Shown piece by piece: positions 50,055 to 59,945 of a DNA stretch of 64,000 bases (within the stretch, counting starts at the first letter, position 1; each line of letters begins with the position of its first letter). The notes beneath the pieces were generated by a model that saw nothing but the letters and a program-made list of their open reading frames with translations, made no database searches and was not told the origin of the DNA. Both the position numbers and the translations under genes were made by a program. The stretch comes from an uncultured Actinomycetes bacterium (GTDB lineage: Bacteria > Actinomycetota > Thermoleophilia > Gaiellales > Gaiellaceae). The stretch spans positions 246,598-310,597 of the forward strand of contig CAVQEP010000014.1 in NCBI GenBank assembly GCA_963711545.1, given 5' to 3'.

Positions 50055-51206
50055 ATGACTTTCTGGACCGGCCACGTGAACGATCCGTACCACTTCGACG
50101 CGGAGGTGGGCTTCTATGACACGACGCTCCGCGACGGCGAGCAGACCGTCGGTGTGGTGCTCTCGCCCGAGGACAAGCTCGAGCTGGCGAAAGGTCTCGA
50201 CGAGCTCGGCATCGAGCGGATCGAGGCGGGGTTTCCGAGGGTTTCCGCGGACGACCGGCGCGCGGTCGAGCTGATCCTCGCCGCGGGCCTGCGCGCGGAC
50301 GTCTGGGGGTTCTCGCGCGCGGTCGAGGCGGACGTGGAGGCGCTCGTCGAGCTCGGCGTGCAGGCGAGCGTGATCGAGTCGCCGATCTCGGACCTCAAGC
50401 TCGAGGCGCTCGGTGTCGACCGCGAGGCGATGCTGGAGCGGATCGTCTACGCGATCTCCTTCGCGGTCGAGCGGGGCGTCACCGTGGCCTTCTTCGGGGT
50501 CGACGGCACCCGCGCGGATCCGGCGTACTTCGAGACCGTCTACAAGACCGCGGTCGAGGCGGGGGCGCAGGAGGTCGCGGTCGTCGACACGCTCGGGATC
50601 GCAGGGCCCGAGGCCGCCGCCGATCTCGTCGGCCGGGCGCACGAGTGGCTCGGGCCCGACGTGCCGATCCATTTCCACGGGCACAACGACTTCGGGCTCG
50701 CCACCGCGGCGGCCGTTGCCGCCGTCCGCGCGGGCGCGCGCTGGGTGCAAGGAACGATCAACGGGATGGGGGAGCGCGCGGGCAACGCGAACCTCCCCGA
50801 GATCGCCCTCGCTCTCCGCGGCCTCTACGGGATCGAGACGAACCTCCGGCTCGACCGGGTGCGGGACTTCTCCGAGCGGCTACGGGAGCTCTCTGGCTAC
50901 GGGCTCGAGCCCTACAAGCCGCTCGTGGGCGACAACCTGTTCACCCGAGAGTCGGGGGCCGTCGCGAGCCAGTTCCACGACCCTCCCGCGATCGAGCCGT
51001 ACTCCTCGGACGTCGTCGGGGCGGAGCGGCGGATCGTGCTCGGCAAGAAGAGCGGGATCGACTCGATCCGCATCAAGGCCGCCGAGCTAGGCCTCGACCT
51101 CGACGACGAGACGGAGCGCGAGGTGCTCATCCGCGTCAAGGAGCTGGGCGCCCAGAAGCGCGGGCTCGTCACCGACGACGAGTTCCGGAGCCTCGCCGGT
51201 GGCTGA
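50055..51206 (+). CDS. HMGL-like domain protein (2-isopropylmalate / homocitrate / citramalate synthase family)
   Basis: ATG at 50055. YDTTLRDGEQ, HFHGHNDFGLATA. Confidence 0.85.
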   Translation: MTFWTGHVNDPYHFDAEVGFYDTTLRDGEQTVGVVLSPEDKLELAKGLDELGIERIEAGFPRVSADDRRAVELILAAGLRADVWGFSRAVEADVEALVELGVQASVIESPISDLKLEALGVDREAMLERIVYAISFAVERGVTVAFFGVDGTRADPAYFETVYKTAVEAGAQEVAVVDTLGIAGPEAAADLVGRAHEWLGPDVPIHFHGHNDFGLATAAAVAAVRAGARWVQGTINGMGERAGNANLPEIALALRGLYGIETNLRLDRVRDFSERLRELSGYGLEPYKPLVGDNLFTRESGAVASQFHDPPAIEPYSSDVVGAERRIVLGKKSGIDSIRIKAAELGLDLDDETEREVLIRVKELGAQKRGLVTDDEFRSLAGG

Positions 51207-52839
51207 CCACGACGCGGTCGTCGTCGGCAGCGGGATCAATTCCCTGGCCTGCGCGGCGCTCCTCGCCCGGGCCGGCTGGGACGTGTGCGTCCTCGAGCGC
51301 GAGGCAGAGCTCGGCGGCGCGATCAAGACCGCCGAGCTGACGGAGCCGGGCTTTCACCACGACGTGTTCAGCGCCTGGCACCCACTCTGGGTCGGCGGCC
51401 CTGCGCACGCGGAGCTCGGCGGCGAGCTGGCGGCGCGCGGGCTCGAATACCTCAACACGGAGCACCCGACCGGCACTGCGTATCCCGACGGATCGAGCGC
51501 CTTCCTCGCGACGAGCACCGACGCCAACGCCGAGGAGCTCGAGCGGCACGCCGCGGGTGACGGCGACGCCTGGCGCGCGGCGATGGCCGACGTCGGTGGG
51601 CGCGCGGAGCTCGTCTTCGGCGTGCTCGGCACCGAGCTCTGGTCGGGCGCCGGGGCGGGCCTCGCGCTCTCTGCCTATCGCCGCCTGGGGCGGCGCGGGC
51701 TGGCCGGCTTCGGTGCCGAGGTGGTGCAGTCGAGCCGCGACTGGCTCGAGACGACCTTCGAGTCCGAGGCGGCGCGCGGGCTGCTCGCCCCCTGGGTTTT
51801 GCACACCGGCCTCGGCCCGGACGCGGCCGCGTCCGGCTTCATGACCCGCGTGATCGCGTTCGCGATCGAGACCGGCGGCATGCCCGTCCCGCGGGGCGGA
51901 GGCGCCCGGCTCGTCGACGCGCTCGTCAGCCTCATCGGCGATCACGGAGGCGTGTGCCGGGCGGGCGTGGACGTCGAGCGCGTGCTCGTCCAGAACGGGC
52001 GAGCGCGCGGGGTTCGCCTCGCCGGCGGTGACGTCGTGACCGCATCGCGCGCCGTCGTCTGCAACGTGACACCGTCCCAGCTCTACGGCCGCCTGCTCGA
52101 CGCAGGCGATGTCTCTGCGGACGTTCGCAGGGCGGCGTCGAGGTTCCGTTTCGGCCGCTCGGAGATGCAGATCCACTTCGCGCTCTCCGAGCCGGCTCGC
52201 TGGAGCGGGGACGAGCGTCTTGCCGAGACCGCCGTCGTCCACGTCACGCCCGGGCTCGACGGCGTCTCGCGCGCGGTCAACGAAGCCGAGCGGGGCCTCC
52301 TCCCGGCGGAGGCGACGATCGTCGTCGGCCAGCCGCTCGCCGTAGATCCCTCACGCGCGCCGGCGGGCCGTGGCCTGCTCTGGATCCAGCTCCAGGAGCT
52401 GCCGTGGCGGATCAAGGGAGACGCGGCCGGCGAGCTCGACGTCGGCGACGCGAGCTGGACGGAGTCGTTGAGGGAGCGCTACGCCGACAGAATCCAGGCA
52501 CGTCTCGCGCGGCACGTAACGAACCTCGAGTCGGCGTTGCTCCGGCGTGTCGTCCTCTCCCCGGCCGACCTCCAGGCGGCGAACGTCAACCTCCAGCAGG
52601 GGGATCCGTACTCGGGCTCGCTCGCGCTCGACCAGAACTTCCTCTGGCGCCCGTTCGCGCGGCAGCCCGGCCACAGCACGGCGGTCGAGGCCCTCTTCCA
52701 CATCGGAGCGAGCACCTGGCCGGGGCCCGGGCTGGGAGCCGGCTCCGGGACCCTCGTCGCGAAGGAGCTGCTGCGGCCGCCGGTCGTCACGCGTCTCGCC
52801 CGCCGGTTCAGCAGGTTCGCAGGGGCCGGGCGAGCGTAG
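51199..52839 (+). CDS. NAD(P)/FAD-dependent oxidoreductase (phytoene desaturase/CrtI-like family)
   Basis: 546 aa. VVVGSGINSLACAALLARAG...VLERE..LGG dinucleotide-binding fold. The GTG start overlaps the upstream gene end by 8 nt. Confidence 0.85.
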   Translation: MADHDAVVVGSGINSLACAALLARAGWDVCVLEREAELGGAIKTAELTEPGFHHDVFSAWHPLWVGGPAHAELGGELAARGLEYLNTEHPTGTAYPDGSSAFLATSTDANAEELERHAAGDGDAWRAAMADVGGRAELVFGVLGTELWSGAGAGLALSAYRRLGRRGLAGFGAEVVQSSRDWLETTFESEAARGLLAPWVLHTGLGPDAAASGFMTRVIAFAIETGGMPVPRGGGARLVDALVSLIGDHGGVCRAGVDVERVLVQNGRARGVRLAGGDVVTASRAVVCNVTPSQLYGRLLDAGDVSADVRRAASRFRFGRSEMQIHFALSEPARWSGDERLAETAVVHVTPGLDGVSRAVNEAERGLLPAEATIVVGQPLAVDPSRAPAGRGLLWIQLQELPWRIKGDAAGELDVGDASWTESLRERYADRIQARLARHVTNLESALLRRVVLSPADLQAANVNLQQGDPYSGSLALDQNFLWRPFARQPGHSTAVEALFHIGASTWPGPGLGAGSGTLVAKELLRPPVVTRLARRFSRFAGAGRA

Positions 52840-52849
52840 GATTCCCTGC

Positions 52850-53729
52850 ATCCGGCCGCGTTTCTCGATCTCGCAAGTCACGACCCTGGCGTCGACGTTT
52901 GCGGAAGATGTCCGCGCATACGCGTCCGCGGGCGTCGACGGCATCGGCATCTGGGAGATCAAGCTGCCCGAGGGCGGCGACGAGGAAGCCCTCGAGGCGT
53001 TGGCCTCGTCCGGACTGGGCGCCGCGTCGGCTGTCCCCGCGGTGCCGTCGATCCTGCCGCTGGCGCTCATGGAAGGCCCCTCCGATCCCGACGAGCGGAT
53101 CGACGCCATCTGCGGCTCGCTGCACCGCCTGGCCCGGTTCGGGCCGAGCGCGATCGTCTGCCTCACCGGGCCGGGCGACGACCGGGACACGGTCGTCGAC
53201 GGTTTGCAGGCTGATCGGCGGCGAGGCGGCTCGCGCGGGTGTCAGGGTCGGCCTCGAGCCGATCAACCGGGTCGGCGGCGAAGACTGGACGATCATCCGG
53301 TCGCTTCGCGAGGCGGTCGACCTGCTCGAGGACGTCGACCGGCCCGCGATCGGAATCCAGTTCGATACGTGGCACCTCTGGAACAGCGCCGACCTCTTCA
53401 CGGACATCGAGCGTTACGCCGACCGCTTCGTGGGGGTGCACGTGGCCGACTGGCGGGAGCCGACTCGCGGCTGGGCGGACCGCGTCCTGCCGGGAGACGG
53501 CGGCGCCGACCTGCCCGCGATCATCGGCGCGCTCGACCGCGCCGGCTGGGACGGCTTCTACGACCTCGAGATCTTCTCGGACAACGGCACGTTCGGGAAC
53601 GCATATGCCGACTCCCTCTGGGATCACCCGCCCGATGAGATCGTGCGGGCGGGCAAGGAGGCTTTCGAGCATCTCTGGGCAGGGCGAATCCGAAGTCCTG
53701 TACAGGAGGTATCGCCCGGTGCCGTGTAA
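52850..53729 (+). pseudogene. Sugar phosphate isomerase/epimerase (xylose isomerase-like TIM barrel), frameshifted and lacking a canonical start
   Basis: The N-terminal half (FSISQVTTLASTFAEDVRAYASAGVDGIGIWE...VCLTGPGDDRDTVVDGL) is in the frame of track ORF 52547. The C-terminal half (RLIGGEAARAGVRVGLEPIN...FDTWHLW...GWDGFYDLEIFS) is in the frame of track ORF 52404. The switch is near 53204-53210. No ATG/GTG/TTG lies between the upstream stop (52839) and the first conserved residues. Confidence 0.7.
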
Positions 53730-53762
53730 TCGACTTGCGACGAACCAAGGAGGAGGAAGTAG

Positions 53763-54962
53763 ATGAGAGGTCGAGGAAGGTGGGTGATCGCCGCTGCGGT
53801 GGTGACGGCGCTTGCCCTGATTGGAAGCGCGCTCGCCGCAACCGCGGGACGCGACGGCGCGAGCGCGAAAGCGCCGATCGTGATCGGCTGGGCGTTCGAC
53901 AGCACTGGGGCGATGGCCCCGTTCGACAATCCGGCCCTCGCGGCCGCGAAGCTCAGGGTCAATCGGGTCAACGCGACGGGCGGCGTCCTCGGCCGCAAGC
54001 TGCAGATCCAGACCTGTGACACTCAGGGCAACAAGCCGGAGACCGCGAAGGCCTGCGCTCTCCAGCTGCTCGATCAGAAGGCGAACATCCTCTTCACGAC
54101 GTGCGATGTCGAGCTCGCGGCGCCGGTCGTCCAGACTGCGATCAACCGCGGCGTGCTTGCAGTGGCGCCGTGCATCGGCACCGACCAGATGGGGCCGAAG
54201 CGCTTCGGCTCGAAGGGACGGCTCGCGTTCAGCTTCGGGAACGTCGCCCAGGACGAGGGCTCCGCGATGGCCCAGTACGCGTGGAACCGCGGCTGGAAGC
54301 GGGCGGCACTCGCGACCGACACCGTCATCATCTACTTCAGGAACGTCGTGCAGGCCTTCGAGGCCCGGTTCAAGCAGCTCGGAGGCAAGATCGTCGCGAG
54401 CGAGACATACCAGTCGCTCGGAGGCAACAACGTCCAGAACGCGGTCAGCCGCCTCAACCCGGTCAAGGCCGACGTGATCGTGACCTCCACGGCCGGCGCG
54501 TTCGGCGCGCTGTCTACCTTCGTGAGCGGGCTGCGCTCGCTCGGGAACAACACGCCGATCCTGAACTCCTGGGCGGGCGACGGAACGTACTGGCTTCCCA
54601 CCAATCCGAAGGTGACCAACTACTGGTTCGTGACCTTCGCCTCGTCCTTCGGAGACGACCCGGTCAAAGCGGTCAACACGCTCGCGAAGCAGGTCAAGGC
54701 GGGGACCGGCGGCTTCATCACCGGGCCCTCGGCGATCGACGGCGTCGTCACTGCGATCAGGCGGGCGAAGGGCTCGACGAAGGGAATCGTGCTCGCCAAG
54801 GTGATGGAGAAGTTCAAGGACGTGCCGACCATCTCCGGCAACGTCAGCTTCTCGCGAACGTTGCACACCGTCTTCGGACGGCGCTATCGCGTGATCCGCA
54901 TCCAGGAGAACGTTCCGAAGTTCGTAGGCACGATCCGCGCCAAGGTCGTCCCGAAGATCTAG
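53763..54962 (+). CDS. ABC transporter substrate-binding protein (LivK / branched-chain amino acid type I PBP family)
   Basis: 399 aa. Signal/TM segment WVIAAAVVTALALIGSALA. AAGGAGGAGG RBS. Confidence 0.9.
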   Translation: MRGRGRWVIAAAVVTALALIGSALAATAGRDGASAKAPIVIGWAFDSTGAMAPFDNPALAAAKLRVNRVNATGGVLGRKLQIQTCDTQGNKPETAKACALQLLDQKANILFTTCDVELAAPVVQTAINRGVLAVAPCIGTDQMGPKRFGSKGRLAFSFGNVAQDEGSAMAQYAWNRGWKRAALATDTVIIYFRNVVQAFEARFKQLGGKIVASETYQSLGGNNVQNAVSRLNPVKADVIVTSTAGAFGALSTFVSGLRSLGNNTPILNSWAGDGTYWLPTNPKVTNYWFVTFASSFGDDPVKAVNTLAKQVKAGTGGFITGPSAIDGVVTAIRRAKGSTKGIVLAKVMEKFKDVPTISGNVSFSRTLHTVFGRRYRVIRIQENVPKFVGTIRAKVVPKI

Positions 54963-54968
54963 GGACGC

Positions 54969-55751
54969 TTGGCGGCGGCAAGCTCGGACGACCTCAAGCG
55001 GAGGCCCGGAGAGACGCTCCGGGCCTCCGCCGTTTCGCGGTCCTTCGAGGGCGTCGAGGCCCTCCGCGATGTGACCCTCGAGCTCCACCGCGGCGAGGTG
55101 GTCGGACTGATCGGGCCGAACGGCGCAGGCAAGTCGACCCTCGTCAACATCCTCACGGGCTTCGACCGTCCCAGCGCCGGAACAGTCGAGCTCGAGGGCC
55201 GCGACGTCACGCGCTGGAAGCCGAACCGCCGCGGCAGGGCGGGCCTCGCTCGAACCTTCCAGCACAGCCACGCGTTTCGTGCGCTGTCGGTTCGCGAGAA
55301 CGTCGAGGTCGCGGCGATCGGCGCGGGCAGCTCGCCGCGCACTGCCCGGGATCGCGCGCAGGAGCTGCTCGAGCTCCTCGGCCTCGCGAAGAACGCAGAC
55401 GGGCCCGCGGCGGCGCTGGCGCAGGGCGACGAGCGCCGGCTCGGAGTCGCGCGCGCGCTCGCGACGAATCCCCGCTTCGTCCTGCTCGACGAGCCCGCCG
55501 CCGGCCTGCCCGATGCCGAGGTGTCGGGCTTCGCCGAGGCCGTCCGCAGCGTGCAGCGGGACCACGGGGCCGGCGTGCTGCTGATCGATCACAACATGGC
55601 GCTGATCATGGATCTCTGCGACCGCATCCACGTGCTCGATCAGGGCCGCACCCTCGCCGAGGGTACTCCGGGCGACATCCGGGGCAACCTCGACGTCGCG
55701 GCCGCCTATCTCGGGGAGAGCGCAGTGCACGAAGGCGGGGACGACGCGTGA
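54969..55751 (+). CDS. ABC transporter ATP-binding protein (LivG-like)
   Basis: GPNGAGKST Walker A, an LSGG-like region, and LLDEPAAG Walker B. TTG start. Confidence 0.9.
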   Translation: MAAASSDDLKRRPGETLRASAVSRSFEGVEALRDVTLELHRGEVVGLIGPNGAGKSTLVNILTGFDRPSAGTVELEGRDVTRWKPNRRGRAGLARTFQHSHAFRALSVRENVEVAAIGAGSSPRTARDRAQELLELLGLAKNADGPAAALAQGDERRLGVARALATNPRFVLLDEPAAGLPDAEVSGFAEAVRSVQRDHGAGVLLIDHNMALIMDLCDRIHVLDQGRTLAEGTPGDIRGNLDVAAAYLGESAVHEGGDDA

Positions 55752-56461
55752 AAGAGCCGGCGCTCCGGCTCGAAGCGCTCGAGGTCCGCCACGGCGCCGT
55801 CCACGCCGTGCGGGGCCTCTCGCTCGAGGTCGACCGCGGCGAGATCGTCGGCCTGATCGGGCCGAACGGCGCCGGCAAGTCCTCCACGCTGCACGCGGTC
55901 ATGGGCCTGGTGCGCCCGAGCAACGGTGACGTGCGGCTCGGTGGAGAGTCGATCGTCGGGAAAGATCCTGAGGCGATCGCGCGCCGGGGGATCGCGCTGG
56001 TACCGGAGGGACGTCGGATCTTCGCCGAGCTCAGCGTCGAGGAGAACCTGCGGCTCGGCCTCGCCGGCCGCCGCGAGCGCGGCGACCTCGATGCGGACCT
56101 GCAGCGCGTCTATTCGCTCTTCCCGATCGTCGAGGAGTTCCGAAAGAGGCCGGCCGGCAGTCTCTCCGGAGGGCAGCAGCAGCAGCTCGCGATCGGCCGG
56201 GCGCTCGTGGCCGCCCCCGACGTCCTGCTGCTGGACGAGCCGTCGCTCGGGCTCGCCCCGCGCGTGGTCGACCTCGTCTTCGCGGCGCTGCAGGAGATCA
56301 GCGCCGCCGGGATCGCCGTCCTCCTGGTCGAGCAGAGAGCGCAGCGAACCGTCGCGCTCGCCTCTCGCACGTACGTGCTGTCGAACGGGAGCCTCCGCCT
56401 CACGCTCGGGCCCGAGGCGGCCGGGGACACGGAAAAGCTCGTGGCCGCGTACTTCGCATGA
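55748..56461 (+). CDS. ABC transporter ATP-binding protein (LivF-like)
   Basis: GTGA overlap with the upstream stop. GPNGAGKSS, LSGGQQQ, and LLLDEPSLGL. Confidence 0.9.
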   Translation: MKEPALRLEALEVRHGAVHAVRGLSLEVDRGEIVGLIGPNGAGKSSTLHAVMGLVRPSNGDVRLGGESIVGKDPEAIARRGIALVPEGRRIFAELSVEENLRLGLAGRRERGDLDADLQRVYSLFPIVEEFRKRPAGSLSGGQQQQLAIGRALVAAPDVLLLDEPSLGLAPRVVDLVFAALQEISAAGIAVLLVEQRAQRTVALASRTYVLSNGSLRLTLGPEAAGDTEKLVAAYFA

Positions 56462-57381
56462 GCTCGACGCTCGTGGCAACAGTGCTCGGCGCCGACTGGC
56501 AGACCCTGGCGGACGCGATGGGTCAGGGCGGGCTCTATGCGCTGATGGCGGTGGGGATCGGCCTCGTGTTCGGCGTGCTCAGGCTCGTCAACTTCGCCTA
56601 CGGGCAGTTGATCATGGCCGGTGCGTATGCGCTCGCCTTCGCATCCGAGCGCGGCTGGCCGGTCTGGGGAGGAATCCTCCTCTGCTTCGGCGTCGTCCTC
56701 GTCCTCACGCTCGCGATGGACCGCGTCGTCTTCCGTCCGCTCCGCGCCCACTCGCCCGCGGTCATGCTCGTCGCGACCTTCGCGGTCGCGTTCCTGCTCC
56801 AGGCTATCGCCCTCCTCTGGTTCGGCTCTCTGGGGAAGATCGCCGCCTCGCTCGCGACGCTGAACCAGCCCGTGACCATCTCCGGCGTGGACATCAGGAA
56901 GATCTCGATCGTCGCGACCGCGGTCGCAATCGGCTGCCTCCTCGTGCTCGTGGCAGTGCTCGGCAGGACGAGCGTCGGTCTGCACATGCGGGCCGCCGCC
57001 CTCGACTTCCGCACGGCGCGGCTCCTCGGGGTGCGGGCCAACCGGGTGATCGGCGCCGCCGTTTTGATCTCGGGGCTCCTGGCGGCGACGGTCGCCGTGA
57101 TGATGACCGTGCAGACGCCGCTCGTCACTCCCGATTTCGCGCTGCGCGACACGATCCTCGTGCTCGCCGGCGTCGTGCTCGGAGGGATGAACCGGCTCGT
57201 CCCCGCGACCCTCGGAGGCTTCGCGATCGGCTTCGCCTCAGGGTTCCTGGGGGGAGCCCTGCCGACGGACAAGAGCCAGTACCTGCCGTCGTTCCTCTTC
57301 GCGGCGGTGATCCTCGTGCTGCTGATCCGGCCCGGCGGCCTGTTCACGCGTGCGGGAGGACAGGCCGTGGAGCGTCTGTGA
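56458..57381 (+). CDS. Branched-chain amino acid ABC transporter permease (LivH-like)
   Basis: 307-aa polytopic ORF. ATGA overlap with the upstream stop. Confidence 0.9.
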   Translation: MSSTLVATVLGADWQTLADAMGQGGLYALMAVGIGLVFGVLRLVNFAYGQLIMAGAYALAFASERGWPVWGGILLCFGVVLVLTLAMDRVVFRPLRAHSPAVMLVATFAVAFLLQAIALLWFGSLGKIAASLATLNQPVTISGVDIRKISIVATAVAIGCLLVLVAVLGRTSVGLHMRAAALDFRTARLLGVRANRVIGAAVLISGLLAATVAVMMTVQTPLVTPDFALRDTILVLAGVVLGGMNRLVPATLGGFAIGFASGFLGGALPTDKSQYLPSFLFAAVILVLLIRPGGLFTRAGGQAVERL

Positions 57382-58415
57382 CGCGTCTGCGCCTCACGCG
57401 GATCGTCGAGCTCCTCGCGCCCGCGCTGCTCGTAGGCGCGGTGGCGCTCGTCGGGACGATCGTCTCGACCTCGACCCAAACGTACGTGATCTCCACGCTC
57501 GTGAACATCGTGATCGTCATTGCGCTCTACGTCTTCATCGGCAACTCAGGAGTGCTCTCGTTCGGCCACGTCAGCTTCGTCGCCGTGGGCGCGTGGACCG
57601 GCGGCATCCTCTCGATCCCAGTCGCGGAGAAGCCGGCGATCATGCCGAGCCTGTTCGGCTTCCTGCGGGACACGACCGTCGGGAACGCGTCGTCGCTCGC
57701 GGTGGCGGCCGCGGTCGGGGCGATCTTTGCGCTCGTGGTCGGGCTGCCGCTGATGAGGCTTTCCGGCCTTGCCGCCGGGATCGCGACCTTCGGCGTGCTC
57801 GAGATCACACACAACGTGCTCCGTTACTGGGAGAAGATCGGGCCGGGTGTGACGACCTTCTCGGCGGTGCCCGAGACAACGGGCCTGCTCCAGGCCATGG
57901 TCGGTGCGCTCATCGCGGTGGTCGTGGCCTACCTCTACCAGCGCAGCCGCTACGGCCGGCAGCTGCGCGCGACGAGGGAGGACGCCGCCGCGGCGCGCGC
58001 GGTCGGGGTATCCGTGTACGGGCAGCGGCTCGTGGCCTTCGTGCTGTCCGGAGGGCTGGCCGGTCTGGCCGGGGCGCTGTACGTCCACCTTCTGCCGGTC
58101 ACCACGGAGTCCGTCTACCTCAACCTCACCTTCATCACGCTCGCCATGCTGGTCATCGGCGGCGCGACAAGCCTCTGGGGCGCCGTCGTCGGGGCGGTGG
58201 CGGTGAGCGCGGTCGACTCGTTCCTGGCAGAGGCCGAGAACGGGATTCACGTCTTCGGCCGCCTGCTGGACCTGCCCGCGGGAACGCGCGTGGTCGTCGT
58301 CGGCGCATTCATGGCGCTCGTGCTCATCGTGCGGCCGAGCGGGATCACGGGCGGCCGTGAGTTCTCGCTGCCCATCGCGGCGGCTCAGGCCCTTCTGACA
58401 AAGTCTCGGCCATGA
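57378..58415 (+). CDS. Branched-chain amino acid ABC transporter permease (LivM-like)
   Basis: GTGA overlap with the upstream stop. Only the last 345 codons of the 829-aa track ORF are credible. Confidence 0.9.
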   Translation: MTRLRLTRIVELLAPALLVGAVALVGTIVSTSTQTYVISTLVNIVIVIALYVFIGNSGVLSFGHVSFVAVGAWTGGILSIPVAEKPAIMPSLFGFLRDTTVGNASSLAVAAAVGAIFALVVGLPLMRLSGLAAGIATFGVLEITHNVLRYWEKIGPGVTTFSAVPETTGLLQAMVGALIAVVVAYLYQRSRYGRQLRATREDAAAARAVGVSVYGQRLVAFVLSGGLAGLAGALYVHLLPVTTESVYLNLTFITLAMLVIGGATSLWGAVVGAVAVSAVDSFLAEAENGIHVFGRLLDLPAGTRVVVVGAFMALVLIVRPSGITGGREFSLPIAAAQALLTKSRP

Positions 58416-59911
58416 GCGATTCCGCCTTCGAGCGCCTGAAGGAACGTCTGGCCGAGGTCGCCGACCTCCGGAACGCAGGCACGCTCCTCGGCTGGGACGA
58501 GCGTGTGATCATGCCCCGCGCGGGCGCAGCAGCTCGCGCCGATGCGCTCGGCACGGTCGGCCGGCTCGCGCAGGAGCGCTTCGTTACATCCGAGATCGGG
58601 CAGCTTCTCGACGAGCTGCGCGACCTCGAGGAGAGCTCCCCCTATGACTCTTTCGAGGCGAGCCTCATCCGCGTCACCCGGCGCGACTTCGAGAAGGCGA
58701 GCCGCGTTCCGCCCGAGCTCGTCGGCGAGCTCAAGCGCGCCGGGGCTCTCGGTCTCGCGGCCTGGGGGCCCGCGAAGGCGGAATCGAACTTCGAGGTGAT
58801 GCGTCCCGCCCTGGAGACGAACCTCGAGCTCCTGCGCCGGTATGTCGACTGCTTCGACCGGCCCGACGAGACCTACGACGTGCTGCTCGACGTCTACGAG
58901 CCGCGGATGACCACCGCGGAGGTGCGGAAGATCTTCTCCGGACTCAAGGAGGAGCTGCCACCGCTGATCAAGACGATCGCGGCGAACGGCGACGTCGACG
59001 ACTCGTTTCTCGCCGGCGACTTCGACGTCGACCGGCAGCGCGAGGTCGGTCTCGAGATCGCGCGCAAGTTCGGTTACACGGACGACGAGTGGACGCTCTA
59101 CCACACGCCGCACGCATTCATGTCGTCGCCCGGTGCAGGTGACATCCGCCTGACGACGACCTTCCGTCCGCGGGACCTCAGCTCGCTCTTCGGGACGATG
59201 CACGAGTTCGGCCACGGGGTCTACGAGTGGGGCGTCGACCGGTCGCTGGCGCGGACGCCGCTTGGATCCGGCGTCTCGCTCGGCGTGCACGAGTCGCAGA
59301 GCCGTCTGTGGGAGAACCTGGTCGGCCGCCGTCGTTCCTTCTGGAGCCACTTCTACCCCGGCCTGCAGCGGAGGTTCCCGGCGCAGCTCGGATCCGTGGG
59401 CGAGGAGGCGTTCTACCTCGCCGTGAACAGGGTCCATCCATCGTTCGTCCGGATCGATGCGGACGAGGTCACCTACAACATGCACATCATCCTCCGCTTC
59501 GAGCTCGAACAGGACCTGATCGAGGGGCGCCTGCCGCTGTCCGACCTTCCGGCCGCGTGGAACGAGCGGATGGAGGAGTACCTCGGCGTCGAGGTGCCGG
59601 ACGACGCCCGCGGCGTCCTCCAGGACATGCACTGGGCGGCCGGGGGCTTCGGCTACTTCCCGACCTACGCGCTCGGCAACGTCATCTCCGTGCAGATCTG
59701 GGAACGGCTGAGCGAGGACCTCGGCGATCTCGACGAGCGCTTCGAGCTGGGCGAGTTCGGCGAGCTCCGCGACTGGCTGCGCGAGCATCTCTACCGGCTC
59801 GGCCGGAAGTTCACGCCGCAGGAGACGATCGAGCGGGTGGTAGGGAGCCCGATCGACTCGGCGCCGTATCTGCGTTATCTCCGCGAGAAGCTCGCCCCGC
59901 AGCCGGCTTGA
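58412..59911 (+). CDS. M32 carboxypeptidase (Taq-type)
   Basis: 499 aa. HEFGHGVYE (HExxH), HESQSRLWEN, and the IRIDADEVTYNMHI pattern. ATGA overlap with the upstream stop. Confidence 0.9.
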   Translation: MSDSAFERLKERLAEVADLRNAGTLLGWDERVIMPRAGAAARADALGTVGRLAQERFVTSEIGQLLDELRDLEESSPYDSFEASLIRVTRRDFEKASRVPPELVGELKRAGALGLAAWGPAKAESNFEVMRPALETNLELLRRYVDCFDRPDETYDVLLDVYEPRMTTAEVRKIFSGLKEELPPLIKTIAANGDVDDSFLAGDFDVDRQREVGLEIARKFGYTDDEWTLYHTPHAFMSSPGAGDIRLTTTFRPRDLSSLFGTMHEFGHGVYEWGVDRSLARTPLGSGVSLGVHESQSRLWENLVGRRRSFWSHFYPGLQRRFPAQLGSVGEEAFYLAVNRVHPSFVRIDADEVTYNMHIILRFELEQDLIEGRLPLSDLPAAWNERMEEYLGVEVPDDARGVLQDMHWAAGGFGYFPTYALGNVISVQIWERLSEDLGDLDERFELGEFGELRDWLREHLYRLGRKFTPQETIERVVGSPIDSAPYLRYLREKLAPQPA

Positions 59912-59945
59912 CCGTCGCCGGCTTCTTCATGGGCGGGCTCGCGCC

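Noticed and set aside
53163-55730. 855-aa minus-strand ORF, and similar giant ORFs (42431..44545 minus, 35375..37201 minus, 54101..56461 plus upstream part, 55926..58415 plus upstream part, 48608..49909 minus, 58385..59788 minus)
   Set aside because: All lie antisense or out of frame to genes with strong family signatures. Their composition is dominated by R/G/D/P/A, as expected for non-coding frames at high GC. No motifs were recognised.
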